From the IMG/VR virus record IMGVR_UViG_3300044724_007274, positions 1 to 35,043 of that record: a DNA stretch of 35,043 bases; one strand, 5' to 3'. Shown piece by piece: positions 34,409 through 35,043 of this stretch. This DNA is from a virus (lineage: Duplodnaviria > Caudoviricetes). The stretch's first letter is position 1; every line of letters begins with the position of its first letter. The translations under genes were made by a program, and so were the position numbers. Below the pieces are notes generated by a model. It saw only the letters and a program-made list of their open reading frames with translations, ran no database searches and was not told where the DNA came from.

Positions 34409-35043
34409 TAGAACCAATTCTTTCCAAATACACAGTCTTTTGACTGCTTCCAGTAAATGAATCTCTTGCACTTATCTAGAGAATAAACTTTTAGAAGCTC
34501 GTCTCCAAAAGTTGATTCACCTTTGGTTAGACCTCTTTCATACTGAAAGTGCCACCACTCTGCTCCACCGTATGAGCCACCTCTGAAAAAAGAGCTACGA
34601 GCGCGGATAGAATGGAAACCGTGTTTTAGTGCAAGTGCTGTAAAGTCTACAAAAGTCCCTGTGACTTCTTTTTTGTTTAGTTTGGTCTTGCCACCAGAGC
34701 GGGTCACGTATGTGCCCTCGATGGTCATTTCCTCGCCTTCATCACAGCGCATCCAAACTCGCCAACGACGACCACCAATGTCTTCAATGACATAAGGGTC
34801 TTTGTCTGGCTTGTACATGCCTGTTGGAAGAGCCATGTCAAACGCTAGACCAACATAGTGCATAGACTTTTTAGAACGTGCTGCGCCTGACTTTGACGCC
34901 AAGCCTCTTCGACCACCAGCGGAGGTTAGATAACCACCAAGGTCTTGAACCTCTTGATAAAGCGCGTTATAAGCCTGTGCTGCGTCCGTGCGAAGTGTTA
35001 CACGAGTGTAGCCAGCCCTACCGGGGAACTTATCTGCTGGACA
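34408..35043 (-). CDS. Peptidase M15 (VanY/L-Ala-D-Glu type), endolysin candidate; N-terminus beyond the window
   Basis: Frame is open to the window edge (...LRTDAAQAYNAL...LTSAGGRR); SMHYVGLAFD and EWWHFQ zinc motifs. Confidence 0.85.
   Translation of the reverse strand, partial: CPADKFPGRAGYTRVTLRTDAAQAYNALYQEVQDLGGYLTSAGGRRGLASKSGAARSKKSMHYVGLAFDMALPTGMYKPDKDPYVIEDIGGRRWRVWMRCDEGEEMTIEGTYVTRSGGKTKLNKKEVTGTFVDFTALALKHGFHSIRARSSFFRGGSYGGAEWWHFQYERGLTKGESTFGDELLKVYSLDKCKRFIYWKQSKDCVFGKNWF

Noticed and set aside
1-35043. Stop-codon reassignment
   Set aside because: Genes tile tightly in the standard code, TAA, TAG and TGA all end genes, and no suppressor tRNA is present.

Overview
This window is a 35 kb piece of a large tailed dsDNA phage genome with a T4-like contractile-tail baseplate. 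Every credible gene lies on the minus strand, tightly packed, in the standard genetic code. From low to high coordinate it holds: (1) baseplate genes (gp6-like, gp25-like, a 1291-aa protein, a spike-like protein and a hub-like protein with an M15 peptidase motif) and a phage sigma factor; (2) a ~14 kb glycan island with two NeuB-family nonulosonic acid synthases, a NeuA-family cytidylyltransferase, PseB/PseC-like enzymes, a CMAH-like metallo-beta-lactamase-fold protein, two CstII/Maf-like transferase domains, three GT4 glycosyltransferase domains, two FkbM methyltransferases, a 2OG-Fe(II) oxygenase, a HAD phosphatase and a cupin; (3) a Cas4-like nuclease, PIN-PhoH, a lipoprotein and dUTPase; (4) a three-gene two-component module (Aer/NifL-like PAS histidine kinase, stand-alone receiver, membrane coiled-coil protein); (5) Hc1, DUF3310, thymidine kinase, HNH, ClpP and a truncated M15 endolysin-like gene. 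Four tRNAs are present, including a rare Ile(UAU). Regulatory signals include consensus sigma70 promoters whose -35 box is built on the upstream stop codon, probable leaderless mRNAs, a recurrent AACTAHTTA candidate late-promoter motif, two terminators and a structured leader before clpP. All calls come from reading motifs by eye; no database searches were run.
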